From Gammaproteobacteria bacterium (GTDB lineage Bacteria > Pseudomonadota > Gammaproteobacteria > CBDBNL01 > JAAOII01), in assembly GCA_965209035.1 (NCBI GenBank), contig OZ242372.1, positions 704,001 through 768,000 on the forward strand: DNA of 64,000 bases. The letters are read 5' to 3'. Below the pieces are notes generated by a model. It worked only from the letters and a program-made list of their open reading frames with translations. It made no database searches and was not told the DNA's origin. Each line of letters opens with the position of its first letter. Position 1 is the stretch's first letter. Below, in pieces: positions 40,678-50,541 of this stretch. A program made the position numbers and the translations under genes.

Positions 40678-42705
40678 TCAATGCGTCTTAGCCGACAACC
40701 GTTGAAACAGATACTCTTTTTGTAAACTGCGAACCGCCGCCGGATTCATCACAGACGACACATCCTTTATTTCTTCTCCCATCAAAGCCGACCTTATGGT
40801 TTTACGCATAATTTTCATCGTTCGCGTTTTGGGAAGATCCGCCACTTGCAAGATATGCTTGGGGCAAAAAGAACGCCCCAGATCCTTTGTGATTCTACGG
40901 GTTAAAAGCTCTTCAAGTTCCGCGGCCGAAACATCTTCTTGCCCTTCGGTATCCTTCGGGACATACAAACACAAAATCATATTCCCGGTGTGCTCATCCG
41001 GCAGCCCTATAGCCGCGCATTCCAACACGCGCCCGCTGTGCATCATAGAATTCTCAATTTCAGCCGGGCCGACCCGCTTACCGGAAATCTTGATCACATC
41101 ATCGGACCTCCCGTGAATGAACCAAAAGCCATCCTCGTCACGGGAAACAAGATCGCCGTGCGCCCAATAACCCGGTATTTTATTCCAATAATTTTCCAAG
41201 TAGCCTTTCGGATTCTTCCACAACCCGGCGGTTAACCCGACAGACGAGTGCGTCATGACCAGCTCGCCGATCTCTCCCGTTGCAACCGGACTCCCGTCCG
41301 AGTGTCGAATTTCCGCCCCCATACCGGGTATGGCAATAGAAAAGCCGCCGCGTTTTAGCGGGTGATGCAGGTCGCACAAAAGTATGGAGCCGCTGACTTC
41401 GGTACCGCCGGCCGAATTGAGAATAGGCACCCGCCCTCCGCAAAGATCAAACAACCTGTTCCAGGCGGTTTCGGTCCAGGGTTCGCCGCCGCTAACGATG
41501 ATACGCAAACTGCTCAGATCGTATTTGTCCGGCTCGGCTGCCGGATAACGCATCATATTGCGTATCAAAGCGGGACTCAGTTCAACCCAACTGGCGCGAT
41601 AATCTTGAATCAGCCGCCAAAATCTTCCGTGCTGCGGATAGTCCGGCAAGCCCTCCGCCAGGATCATACTGCCGCCGTTAACCGCCGCAATGGTAGCGGA
41701 CTTAGAGCCGACCATCCATCCCATATCCGCCATGCAAAAATGCCGGTCTCGGGAACGAAAATCCGTTAAGATACCGTGATCAAACAGCATCTTGGTCACA
41801 AGTCCTATGTGCGTATAAACACAGCCTTTCGGACTGCCGGTCGTCCCGGATGTGTAGTGAATGACTGCGGGGGCCATGGCATCCATCGGGACTGTGGCGG
41901 TATTCTTATCTCCGCGAGAAAGAAGTTCTCCCCATTCTATGCTGTTATTCTTATTCTTATTCTTATTCTTATTCTTCCCCGCAATGTCGCGGGTCTCTTC
42001 ACAAGCATCTCCGCGAGCCTCTCCGGAAGTATCAACATAAATGAGAGACTTTAAGTCGGTAAGATCACGCCGGGCTTCTTCCAGCAACTTCTTCATAGGT
42101 ATTTTTTTACCCCGCCGCCAAGCATGTGTCACCGTTACAACCGCCTTCGCATTGGCCGGCCTTAACCGGTCCGCGCAAGCCCGAGGTCCGAAGCCGGAAA
42201 AAAGCGGCATCACTATGGCACCTATTTTTGCTATGCCGTAATACGCGATATAGGTTTCCGCCACATTGGGCATATACAACGCAACCACATCCCCCTGCTT
42301 AATGCCAAGTTCCAACAAGCCGCCGGCAAACTTGCACACCTCCGCATCAAACTGCGCGTAGGTTAGGGTTTTTCTGTCGCCGTTTTCACGCTCTTCAAAA
42401 ATGAAAGTCTTGTGATAGATATCGGATTGGCGATATCTGTCAAGACAGTTCAAAACAAGGTTTGTTTTTCCGCCGACACACCATTGCGTCCAAGGTTTGC
42501 CGCGAGAATCGTCCATGATCTTCGCGTAAGGTTGATAAAACTTCAGATCCCCAAAACGGATCACCGCATCCCACAACCATCCCGGATCCTGCCGAGCCCG
42601 GTCTTCCATCTCTTCAAAAGAATGCAATCCCTCGGCTTTCAAAAACTCACTTTGCCCGGAAGAAGCGATCAGTGCCTCGGAGGGCGACCAGGCATAAGCC
42701 GACAT
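40678..42705 (-). CDS. Acyl-CoA synthetase (AMP-binding, acetate-CoA ligase-like)
   Basis: YTSGTTGSPKG, GGTE, HGDL, GRSDDVIKISGKR, LPKTRTMK. Confidence 0.92.
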   Translation of the reverse strand: MSAYAWSPSEALIASSGQSEFLKAEGLHSFEEMEDRARQDPGWLWDAVIRFGDLKFYQPYAKIMDDSRGKPWTQWCVGGKTNLVLNCLDRYRQSDIYHKTFIFEERENGDRKTLTYAQFDAEVCKFAGGLLELGIKQGDVVALYMPNVAETYIAYYGIAKIGAIVMPLFSGFGPRACADRLRPANAKAVVTVTHAWRRGKKIPMKKLLEEARRDLTDLKSLIYVDTSGEARGDACEETRDIAGKNKNKNKNKNNSIEWGELLSRGDKNTATVPMDAMAPAVIHYTSGTTGSPKGCVYTHIGLVTKMLFDHGILTDFRSRDRHFCMADMGWMVGSKSATIAAVNGGSMILAEGLPDYPQHGRFWRLIQDYRASWVELSPALIRNMMRYPAAEPDKYDLSSLRIIVSGGEPWTETAWNRLFDLCGGRVPILNSAGGTEVSGSILLCDLHHPLKRGGFSIAIPGMGAEIRHSDGSPVATGEIGELVMTHSSVGLTAGLWKNPKGYLENYWNKIPGYWAHGDLVSRDEDGFWFIHGRSDDVIKISGKRVGPAEIENSMMHSGRVLECAAIGLPDEHTGNMILCLYVPKDTEGQEDVSAAELEELLTRRITKDLGRSFCPKHILQVADLPKTRTMKIMRKTIRSALMGEEIKDVSSVMNPAAVRSLQKEYLFQRLSAKTH

Positions 42706-42706
42706 T

Positions 42707-43771
42707 TTATTTGTCCTTCGCTTTCTTATCGTTAATCATTTTGCCGCGCAAAGAAGGGGCAACATAAATATTATTAATTCTGTGAACACCTCCCGCCGGA
42801 TAAAAGACCCCCTCATAATGTGCTTCCTCCGGAGTGATATCATAATGATAATGTCCGCCTTGTTGTTTATCTTCCATGTGATAAAAGTGGGTATGCTCGT
42901 GCGAAGGTCGCAGATGCAACCTACCGCCCGTTGGATCGCCGCTCCAAAGGACACTGAAGTTGACAAGATTCGGACCCATCGTCTCATAAAACTGCAGAAA
43001 GTCCCGAAACACTTCATCTTTTTCCTCGTCATAATATTGATGCGCGATGCATTCAAAGTTCGGCATGATATGCGAACGCACCTTGCCCCCCTTCATTTCA
43101 AACACACCGCCCATACCCAATTGCTCACCCTTACCTCTCTCGCGACACAGGTTCACCAACCCCTTGCGAATGTTTAGAGGAAAAGAGCCACTCTTGCCAA
43201 TTCGCTTTTTGACTTTAATATGCATCACATCGCCGGGATTGCCTTCACAAAGAAAGAAGTTTGCCAAGCCACCGTGCAAATAAGAATCATAAGGTTCCAG
43301 AACCGCCCGCTCATCCTCGCCGACGCGCGCCGCTTTGGAACGATTGACGGCATCGCCCAAATGCGCGGAGGCTATTAATTCGCCGCAATTCCCGCCAAGG
43401 ACATCCCGGTGGGCGATGCCCGCACCCAGAATATGACCGCCCGGCAAGCCGCAGGCTGCCGCCAGTCCATCCATATGAAAGCAAATATCCCGGTATGCGG
43501 TATGATGCGCATAGGGCTCACCGCCCAACTCTATGAGTCGTGCGGAACCGCATAATCCGGCAGACGCCGAACCCAAATCGGACAGATCCGGACAGGGTGC
43601 GATTCCCACATCCACAAACGCGTAATCCTCGCGCAGACTCTGTTCCACGGCTGCCGCGAGCATCTCCAACGGCAGCAATGCAAAATCAGCGGAATCCGCC
43701 CACAAGGTCGGATTCTTTAAGGTCCCCTCTTCAACCCGCATCGGTGTACTTGCTTTCCAATGCCTTAACAT
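42707..43771 (-). CDS. DUF1907 / PTD012 (C11orf54-like) zinc metalloenzyme
   Basis: CPDL...GLCG, GG, ILGAG, LANFFLCEG.PG, LGMGGVF, HIMP.F, EHTHF...GGHYHYD.TP...YEG.F match the C11orf54 family pattern; start may be slightly downstream. Confidence 0.82.
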   Translation of the reverse strand: MLRHWKASTPMRVEEGTLKNPTLWADSADFALLPLEMLAAAVEQSLREDYAFVDVGIAPCPDLSDLGSASAGLCGSARLIELGGEPYAHHTAYRDICFHMDGLAAACGLPGGHILGAGIAHRDVLGGNCGELIASAHLGDAVNRSKAARVGEDERAVLEPYDSYLHGGLANFFLCEGNPGDVMHIKVKKRIGKSGSFPLNIRKGLVNLCRERGKGEQLGMGGVFEMKGGKVRSHIMPNFECIAHQYYDEEKDEVFRDFLQFYETMGPNLVNFSVLWSGDPTGGRLHLRPSHEHTHFYHMEDKQQGGHYHYDITPEEAHYEGVFYPAGGVHRINNIYVAPSLRGKMINDKKAKDK

Positions 43772-44696
43772 AAGCGGTCAGGATATCGTTGACCGGGGTC
43801 GGGATGCCGTGCTTTCGCCCCAGTTTTGCAACCATACCGTTGATGTAATCAATCTCTGTCGGTCTGGAATTGAGAATATCCACACACAGGCTGGACTTGT
43901 TCCCCGGGGTGCCGCCGTGAGGATCGGTGATTTGGTTGAATACCTTAACAGATTCTTCGCGACCAAACTCAAGTCCCTCGGCTGCGGCAACACGCACTGC
44001 TTCTTCTATGGCGGCATAGGACACTTTTCTAAGCGAAGGATCTTCGCTTAATTTTTTTAAAGCAACATCCAAAATACCGCTCGGCGCGCTGACCCCTATG
44101 TTCGCAAAAAGTTTTGCCCAGATGCTGCGACGAATATCGGCAACCGCCTGCGTGGGTAACCCGTTTTGGCTGAGAAAATCCGCAATCTTTTGACTCCTTT
44201 CAGACAGATCACCGGACAGATCATCGGACATCTCGCCGATATAAGTAGGTAACTCGGCATGATTACGAACACAACCCGGGCCTTCCATATTCGCTCCTTG
44301 CGCGGTCAAGCCACCCAGGACGCGATCAGTCCCAAGATGTTCGGCAATCTTCTCTTCGTTACCCAAACCGTTTTGAAAACTAATGGCTATTGTTTGTGTC
44401 TCGGCGGAAAAAAGATATCGCACCGAATCTGCGGCCGCATCGTTGTAAATCGCCTTGCATTGAAAAAATACCAGATCCGTCTCACCAATCTCCTTTGCAT
44501 CCGTGAGTGCGCGCAGTTTGATCATTCTGTCACCGCCGTGACCTATCATTTTGAGACCATCGCGCCTAACGGCATCCATATGCTCTTGCCAAGGATCGAG
44601 TAAAGTGACATCCGCCCCTCCTTCCGCCAATAGGCCGCCAAACAAAGAGCCCATGGCACCGGCACCCGCAATTGTGATTTTTAGTTTGTTCGTCAT
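43731..44696 (-). CDS. Ketopantoate reductase family protein (PanE/ApbA-like)
   Basis: GAGAMGSLFG, FQNGLG, W.KL..N, SS...D....RPTEIDYING, GIPTPVN. Confidence 0.9.
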   Translation of the reverse strand: MTNKLKITIAGAGAMGSLFGGLLAEGGADVTLLDPWQEHMDAVRRDGLKMIGHGGDRMIKLRALTDAKEIGETDLVFFQCKAIYNDAAADSVRYLFSAETQTIAISFQNGLGNEEKIAEHLGTDRVLGGLTAQGANMEGPGCVRNHAELPTYIGEMSDDLSGDLSERSQKIADFLSQNGLPTQAVADIRRSIWAKLFANIGVSAPSGILDVALKKLSEDPSLRKVSYAAIEEAVRVAAAEGLEFGREESVKVFNQITDPHGGTPGNKSSLCVDILNSRPTEIDYINGMVAKLGRKHGIPTPVNDILTAYVKALESKYTDAG

Positions 44697-44746
44697 AATA
44701 AGTAGTAAGTAGTATTAATAAATAAATCTTTAAGGCACTCGCAGCA

Positions 44747-45565
44747 TTAATGCAAGATAACCGAGATATGAGCGGAACCTTTTTCGGTGGAAAAATAAGC
44801 GGCCGCCAGATCACCCGATGTCACCGGCACCGGCTGCGTCAGAGAGCCTGTCAAAATTAAATCGTCTTTCTTAAGAGGCAACCCGCATGCCTTGGCATGA
44901 CAAAAAATCCACTGTAACGGCGGCATCAAATAATCTGCAACCGACATTTGATTTTTGGCATCGGCAACCGGTCTTCCGTTTAGAATCAGCCGGACTTCCC
45001 AAAAATTTGCATCATCCGGAACAACCGGAACAACAGACAGCGGTTCGGAATCCAAAACAACAAACCCGCCGTTACCGTTGTCCGCCAACTGTGCCAGCAT
45101 CCGTTCGCGGGCGCTCGCCCTGTTCATCCAGTCCGCGGCATAGCGACCGGCGGTAATATCAAAAGATAAAAAGATGTCCGCCAACTCACCGAGTTCCAAG
45201 GAAGTTGGCGAGCCCTCGCAGCCCCAATCCGCGGGTGTTTCTTTCAGACGCACCGCCAATTCACATTCAATCTTGGGTTGGCTCTTTGCCGACAGAGAGA
45301 CACAGGAGCCGCTTTCAAAAACATAATCGGCAAGCAGACGACCGGGAATTGGACCGTCATAACCTTCCGCTTTTTGAACTTCCGGTGAAAGTGCGCCAAG
45401 TTTCCAACCACAAGTGGACAACCCAAGCCGTTGAATGACCGCGTCGCGGACCCGATAAGCATCCTCGCGATGACGCGGCAACATCTGCGGCGATGGCGAC
45501 AAGGCGGCCCTATGCGGATTACGAGCCGCGACCAGAGCGACGGTTAAACTCGACGGAGCGGACAC
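44747..45565 (-). CDS. 2-keto-4-pentenoate hydratase-like / FAA hydrolase family protein
   Basis: GWKLGA, P..GRL, IECELA, ADNG, ILTGS motifs; start uncertain. Confidence 0.8.
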   Translation of the reverse strand: MSAPSSLTVALVAARNPHRAALSPSPQMLPRHREDAYRVRDAVIQRLGLSTCGWKLGALSPEVQKAEGYDGPIPGRLLADYVFESGSCVSLSAKSQPKIECELAVRLKETPADWGCEGSPTSLELGELADIFLSFDITAGRYAADWMNRASARERMLAQLADNGNGGFVVLDSEPLSVVPVVPDDANFWEVRLILNGRPVADAKNQMSVADYLMPPLQWIFCHAKACGLPLKKDDLILTGSLTQPVPVTSGDLAAAYFSTEKGSAHISVILH

Positions 45566-45666
45566 AAAGCAATCTTTGCGAAGATTGGAGATATCGGTTC
45601 CGGCAATTATGTTGGGCGTGGCGGGCGAGGTGAATATGGCGGGCGCGGTAAATATGACGGCGACGA

Positions 45667-46470
45667 TTAGGTGGCAAAAAACTCGCGCACCTTGTCATCC
45701 TCCATTTCCTGTCCCAGGTAGGCTTCAACCACCCCGTGATCGTTCTTTATTTCCTCGGGACTCCCCTCGGCTATTTTGACGCCATAATCCAAAACAGTGA
45801 CAATGCGACAAGTGTTCATAATCACCTTGAGTATATGCTCCACCAAGATTAAAGTAATATCCATGGCCTTATTCATACGCCGAATAATTTCCATGATATT
45901 ATCCACATTGGCGGGACTCAACCCCGCACCCGGCTCATCCAGCATGAGAAGTTTGGGTTTCATCGCCATCGCGCGCGCCATAGAAATTAATCTTCGCTGA
46001 CCGATGGAAGTTTCACTCGCCGGCATGTCGGCAAAATCCGCCATACCGACAAAATCCAAAAGATCCTTCATTTCTTTTTTTACCCGCTGCTCGGTCTTGC
46101 GAGAGGCGGGGGAGTTAAGCATCAGATCCCAAAAGTTTCTTTTAATATGGCAGTGATGCCCCACCAACACATTTTCAAGAACACTCATCTCCGGCCAAAT
46201 CCGCAACATCTGAAACGAACGAGCCAGCCCCCGTCTCGCAATTTGATGCGGCGGCATACCGGCGATTTTTTCTCCGCAAAATTCAATCTTACCGGAATCC
46301 GGTTTATAGATACCGGATACCACATTAAACAAAGTACTCTTGCCGGAGCCGTTCGGACCAATCACACCGTGAATGTCATGCTCCTTTACCGAAAAACTCA
46401 CATCGTTCAATGCCACAAGACCGCCAAAACTTTTGTTAAGGCGATCAATAACGAGAATGTCCGTCTTCAA
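45667..46470 (-). CDS. Branched-chain amino acid-type ABC transporter ATP-binding protein (LivG-like)
   Basis: FGGLVAL, GPNGSGKST, LARSFQ, LDEPGAGL, EAYLG. Confidence 0.92.
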   Translation of the reverse strand: MKTDILVIDRLNKSFGGLVALNDVSFSVKEHDIHGVIGPNGSGKSTLFNVVSGIYKPDSGKIEFCGEKIAGMPPHQIARRGLARSFQMLRIWPEMSVLENVLVGHHCHIKRNFWDLMLNSPASRKTEQRVKKEMKDLLDFVGMADFADMPASETSIGQRRLISMARAMAMKPKLLMLDEPGAGLSPANVDNIMEIIRRMNKAMDITLILVEHILKVIMNTCRIVTVLDYGVKIAEGSPEEIKNDHGVVEAYLGQEMEDDKVREFFAT

Positions 46471-47453
46471 GCCCGGGCGCGGTCTCGCTGGGCCGCGATG
46501 AATTTTCGGCGACTCGTATATCGCGTGATGAAGCCGCCAATGCCTTTTGGCATAAACAAAACAGTAAAGACAATGCCGAGACCGAATATGAGCAATTGAT
46601 ATTGATAATACTCGCGAGTGAGATCATAAAAAATTGTAATGATGATCGCGCCGATAATGCCGCCCCATATATTGCCGACACCGCCCAAAATCACCATCAA
46701 CAACAGAGTGACCATTTCTATGATTGTGAAGTTATTCGGATGAATATAGCCCGGCTCCAAATGCGCATACAAACTTCCGGCCGCCCCCGCATAAAAGGCG
46801 CTGATTAAAAATGCCAGTGACTTGTATGTGCGCACAGGGATGCCGGACGTTGCCGCCGCCAAGGAGTCATCTCTGACGGCCTTAAAGCCGCGTCCGAGAG
46901 ACGAGTTTAAAATATTAAAAGAAAAATAGATGCCCATCAAGGTAATCGGCATTAACAAAAAATAATACTTGTTCGGTGTGTCAAGATGAAAACCGAATAA
47001 GTTGGGTGCCGGGATGTTACCAATACCAAGTGTTGTCCCGAAGTAGTCAGTCACCGATATCAAAATTCGCACAGTTTCGGCAAAACCGAGAGTGGCAAGC
47101 GCCAAGTAGGCCCCTTCCAACTTGAAGGAAGGAACGGCGACCAAAAGCCCGACAGCGCCCGTAATAGCGATCGCGGACAAAAAAGCGAGAAAAAACGGAA
47201 AATCAAAATTAATGGAAAGAATGGCGGAACTGTATGCTCCGATGGCATACAAGGCAATATGTCCGACCGTAACCTGCCCCGCAAAACCCTTGACCACATT
47301 CAGCCCGACCGCCAGCAAGATATTAATCATCACAATACAGATCAAATGATCCACATAAAGATTGGGAGTGATTAATGGCACCGGCAGCAAAAGAGCCAAC
47401 GCAACCAGCCAGCCATAGCGCGGATTAATCTTATTAAAAAAAGAAAACTGCAT
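46467..47453 (-). CDS. Branched-chain amino acid-type ABC transporter permease (LivM-like)
   Basis: GLNVVKGFAGQ..GH, GAYLALATLGFAE, GR...AVRD, MVILGG.G, PKGI. Confidence 0.92.
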   Translation of the reverse strand: MQFSFFNKINPRYGWLVALALLLPVPLITPNLYVDHLICIVMINILLAVGLNVVKGFAGQVTVGHIALYAIGAYSSAILSINFDFPFFLAFLSAIAITGAVGLLVAVPSFKLEGAYLALATLGFAETVRILISVTDYFGTTLGIGNIPAPNLFGFHLDTPNKYYFLLMPITLMGIYFSFNILNSSLGRGFKAVRDDSLAAATSGIPVRTYKSLAFLISAFYAGAAGSLYAHLEPGYIHPNNFTIIEMVTLLLMVILGGVGNIWGGIIGAIIITIFYDLTREYYQYQLLIFGLGIVFTVLFMPKGIGGFITRYTSRRKFIAAQRDRARA

Positions 47454-47511
47454 TACTCGTTTTTTGTTACGATTGCGGTTATTTCCGTATCTCTCTTAAT
47501 TAAAAGCGGAC

Positions 47512-47562
47512 ACAAAAACAGAAACACCTCCCAAGCACGAATGCGGCGGAGGTGTTTTCTGT
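47512..47562 (-). terminator. Stem-loop downstream of the substrate-binding protein gene (terminator or stabiliser)
   Basis: ACAGAAACACCTCC...GGAGGTGTTTTCTGT inverted repeat followed by a T-run on the minus strand. Confidence 0.65.
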
Positions 47563-47579
47563 GAACTTACAAACTGATC

Positions 47580-48776
47580 TTATAAACCAAAATCAGCATC
47601 AAATGTTATAGTATCCAGCACTCTGGTTTGAAAGTTTTTACCGCCTTGGGTATACTCAATCAAAACAGGTGTCCTGTTACCGTCTCGACACTGCGGAGTG
47701 GGTGCCCGACAAAAACTGATAGGACCCGAAGCCAGACCCTGATAGTTCTTTATGTTTGCCAAAGCATCGCGCAAAGCCGCTCTGTCCGCAGCCAGCGTCG
47801 CCGGCTGATTCTTAATATCGGCATTCTCCAATGCAATCTTCATAATTTGCACCATATCCCACGCCTGAGAAAAGTCATGATCGGGCGAAGTGCCATAACG
47901 CTCATTGACCGTCTTGGTAAACTTTTTCGCAATAGGACGCTCGTCGGCATGCGAAAAGGCAGCCGCATAGAAAACGCCCTTAACCGCCTTGCCCGCCAAG
48001 ATAGGAACATCCTGCTTGGACGCCACCGAAGGAGCGACTCTTTTCACCTTTTTGGAAATACCCACTTCATAGGACTGGATAAGCATTCGGGCAACATCGT
48101 CCTGCAGACCGGAAAGAATTAACGCATCCGGTTTGGCCGCCTTGGCCTTAAGAAGAACCGAACGATAGTCCACTTCTTTTTCTTGCACCTGCGCTTCGTA
48201 CACCGGATCCACATTGTATTTTTCTTTCATATAGGCAATGGTATCTTTGGACTGCTTCAAACCGGCGGCATCGGTCGCGTAAATATAAGCAATTTTCTTG
48301 CCCACATTGTTGGCGACATATTCCGCCTGAACCGCATTATAAAAGCGGCCGGAAACAGGAACACGAAATATCCAATCGCTTCCTTTCATCGTGATGCCCG
48401 GATTAGTGGAATGCGGCGTAATCTGCGGCACCCCGGCTTTTGCGGTTACATCCACTATGGGAAGAGTGACCGAACTGCAACTTGAACCTATCACAGCAAG
48501 AACCTTGTGTTGATAGATCAACTTGTTCGCGTTGGCGACTCCTTTTTCGGACTTGCATTCGTCATTGAGAAAAACGAGTTCTATGTCGCGACCGTTAATA
48601 CCGCCCGCATCATTGATTGCTTTAAACTCATCTTCGATCATTTGACCGATTTTGAAGCCCGCATCGCTAATCATCCTAATGGTCACACCAAGTTTCAAAG
48701 TATCCGCGGATACGGAAACAGAGGCGGTCGCCAAAAAGGCAATTAACAAGACATATAATAATTTAATTGATTTCAT
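47580..48776 (-). CDS. ABC transporter substrate-binding protein (LivK/LivJ-like)
   Basis: Signal peptide; INDAGGINGR.IEL...D, VIGSSCSSVT, WIFR motifs. Confidence 0.92.
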   Translation of the reverse strand: MKSIKLLYVLLIAFLATASVSVSADTLKLGVTIRMISDAGFKIGQMIEDEFKAINDAGGINGRDIELVFLNDECKSEKGVANANKLIYQHKVLAVIGSSCSSVTLPIVDVTAKAGVPQITPHSTNPGITMKGSDWIFRVPVSGRFYNAVQAEYVANNVGKKIAYIYATDAAGLKQSKDTIAYMKEKYNVDPVYEAQVQEKEVDYRSVLLKAKAAKPDALILSGLQDDVARMLIQSYEVGISKKVKRVAPSVASKQDVPILAGKAVKGVFYAAAFSHADERPIAKKFTKTVNERYGTSPDHDFSQAWDMVQIMKIALENADIKNQPATLAADRAALRDALANIKNYQGLASGPISFCRAPTPQCRDGNRTPVLIEYTQGGKNFQTRVLDTITFDADFGL

Positions 48777-49078
48777 AAGTATTACCTCTAATTGATTTTT
48801 ATATAAATAATCTTACTCATATTTTACTCTATTCAACGCCGGGAAACACATTAAATGACAAAAAACATCATTTTTCAACGGGCGATTTTTTGGAGAATGA
48901 ACGCAGCATCTAAATAAAGCATTGCAAGCACGGAAAGCATAAAAAACATGGAAAACATGGAGCACATTGGAAGCACCGGTGAGACTGCCCGGTTCGCTTA
49001 TTTAAAGAGTTCCGGCAAGCACACCCTCTTTCTCTGCGGTGAAACCGGCACGGGTGTGATGAAGTTATAATAACCCAT

Positions 49079-49588
49079 ATGGCAATACGCAACATCCTTG
49101 TTTTTCCGGAACCCCAATTACGCGCAGTCTCAAAAGAGGTCACGGAATTCAACGCAGCACTTCAATCTCTGGAAGCGGAACTTTATGAAACGATGGAAAG
49201 TGTTTCCGGCATCGGGCTGGCGGCAATTCAAGTTGGCATCCCGCTCAGGATTGCGGTCACCCATGTGGAGGAACCTCTGACTATTGTGAACCCGCAAATT
49301 GAGTCTTTGGATGCAACAACCTTAACACACGAGGAGGGTTGCCTGTCCTTGCCCGGTATTCGCGGCGAGATCACACGCCCCAAGAACATTCGCCTGACTG
49401 CCCAAGATATGAAAGGCGAACCTTTTAAAATGCCCGTTCAAGGATTATTGGCCGTCTGTTTACAACACGAGGCGGATCACATGGATGGGAAGTTACTCAT
49501 AGACAGAATATCGCCTTTGAAGCGCGCCGCACTCAACACCGAACTGAGAAATCTAATCGCACTGCAAAGAAAACAAACGGCAAGTTAA
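49079..49588 (+). CDS. def: Peptide deformylase
   Basis: GIGLAAIQ, EGCLS, QHEADH. Confidence 0.97.
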   Translation: MAIRNILVFPEPQLRAVSKEVTEFNAALQSLEAELYETMESVSGIGLAAIQVGIPLRIAVTHVEEPLTIVNPQIESLDATTLTHEEGCLSLPGIRGEITRPKNIRLTAQDMKGEPFKMPVQGLLAVCLQHEADHMDGKLLIDRISPLKRAALNTELRNLIALQRKQTAS

Positions 49589-49596
49589 TTCAGAAG

Positions 49597-50541
49597 TTGA
49601 TTAAATATGCTCTTGTCGGCACGCCGCAGTTTGCGGCCGATATCGGCGAACGACTTCTGGCAAGCGGGGACAAGCCCGCGTTCATTTTAACCAGAGCGGA
49701 TAAGCCGGCGGGGCGCGGGCAAAAGGTCGTGCCCTCGCCTATGCGTTCTTTGGCATTGCGACATTCCGTTCCCTGTATTGTTGCCGAACAACCCGGCGAA
49801 CTTCACCCGGATCGCATTTGTAACTATGATGTCCGCTTGTTAATTGTCATCGCCTTTGGATTGTTCCTGCCGGTGAGTCTTTTGAAACAAGTGCGCTGCG
49901 TCAATCTGCATCCTTCTTTATTGCCGCGTTGGCGCGGCGCTGCGCCGATTGAACGGGCGATAGAAGCCGGTGATGCGGAAAGCGGGATCACGCTAATGCG
50001 CGTGAGCAACCGGCTGGATGCCGGTCCTATCCTCATGCAAAAAAAGTGTGTCTTGGAAGACGAGACAGAGACGGCCGCAAGTTTGGCAGACAAATTAAAA
50101 GATATGGCGGTAACCGCTTTGAAGGAATATCTCGCTGCGCCCGACCAATACAAAGAAGAACCGCAAGACGATTCTCTGGCATCCTACGCCGCCAAGATTG
50201 AAAAAACCGAAACCCGTATCAACTGGACGGAGGCGGCACAGACCATCGCGCGACGGATTCGCGCTTTTAATCCGAGCCCCGGATGTTGGACCGAGTATCA
50301 CGGTCAAAGATTAAAGATTTGGATGGCCACCGCGGCGACCGACCCGACAAACCGGCCGGAACAAACAACAAAACATCCGCCGGGCACGGTTGTAAAAAGT
50401 GACCGGAACAGTTTGTCCGTTGCCGGCGGTGACGGCTGCTTGGAAGTGACGCAGTTGCAGTTTGCCGGCAGCACAAAAACGGATGTGGCGGCGGCAACCA
50501 ACCTGCCCCGACCGGGTGAGGTTCTTGGGACAACGCGCTAA
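49597..50541 (+). CDS. fmt: Methionyl-tRNA formyltransferase
   Basis: GTPQFA, PAGRG, NLHPSLLPRWRGAAPI, LDAGP. Confidence 0.96.
   Translation: MIKYALVGTPQFAADIGERLLASGDKPAFILTRADKPAGRGQKVVPSPMRSLALRHSVPCIVAEQPGELHPDRICNYDVRLLIVIAFGLFLPVSLLKQVRCVNLHPSLLPRWRGAAPIERAIEAGDAESGITLMRVSNRLDAGPILMQKKCVLEDETETAASLADKLKDMAVTALKEYLAAPDQYKEEPQDDSLASYAAKIEKTETRINWTEAAQTIARRIRAFNPSPGCWTEYHGQRLKIWMATAATDPTNRPEQTTKHPPGTVVKSDRNSLSVAGGDGCLEVTQLQFAGSTKTDVAAATNLPRPGEVLGTTR

Noticed and set aside
39850-42705. menB-menE menaquinone biosynthesis genes
   Set aside because: The ligase is acetate-CoA-ligase-sized, no menD/menF/menH are present, and the context is transport and catabolism.
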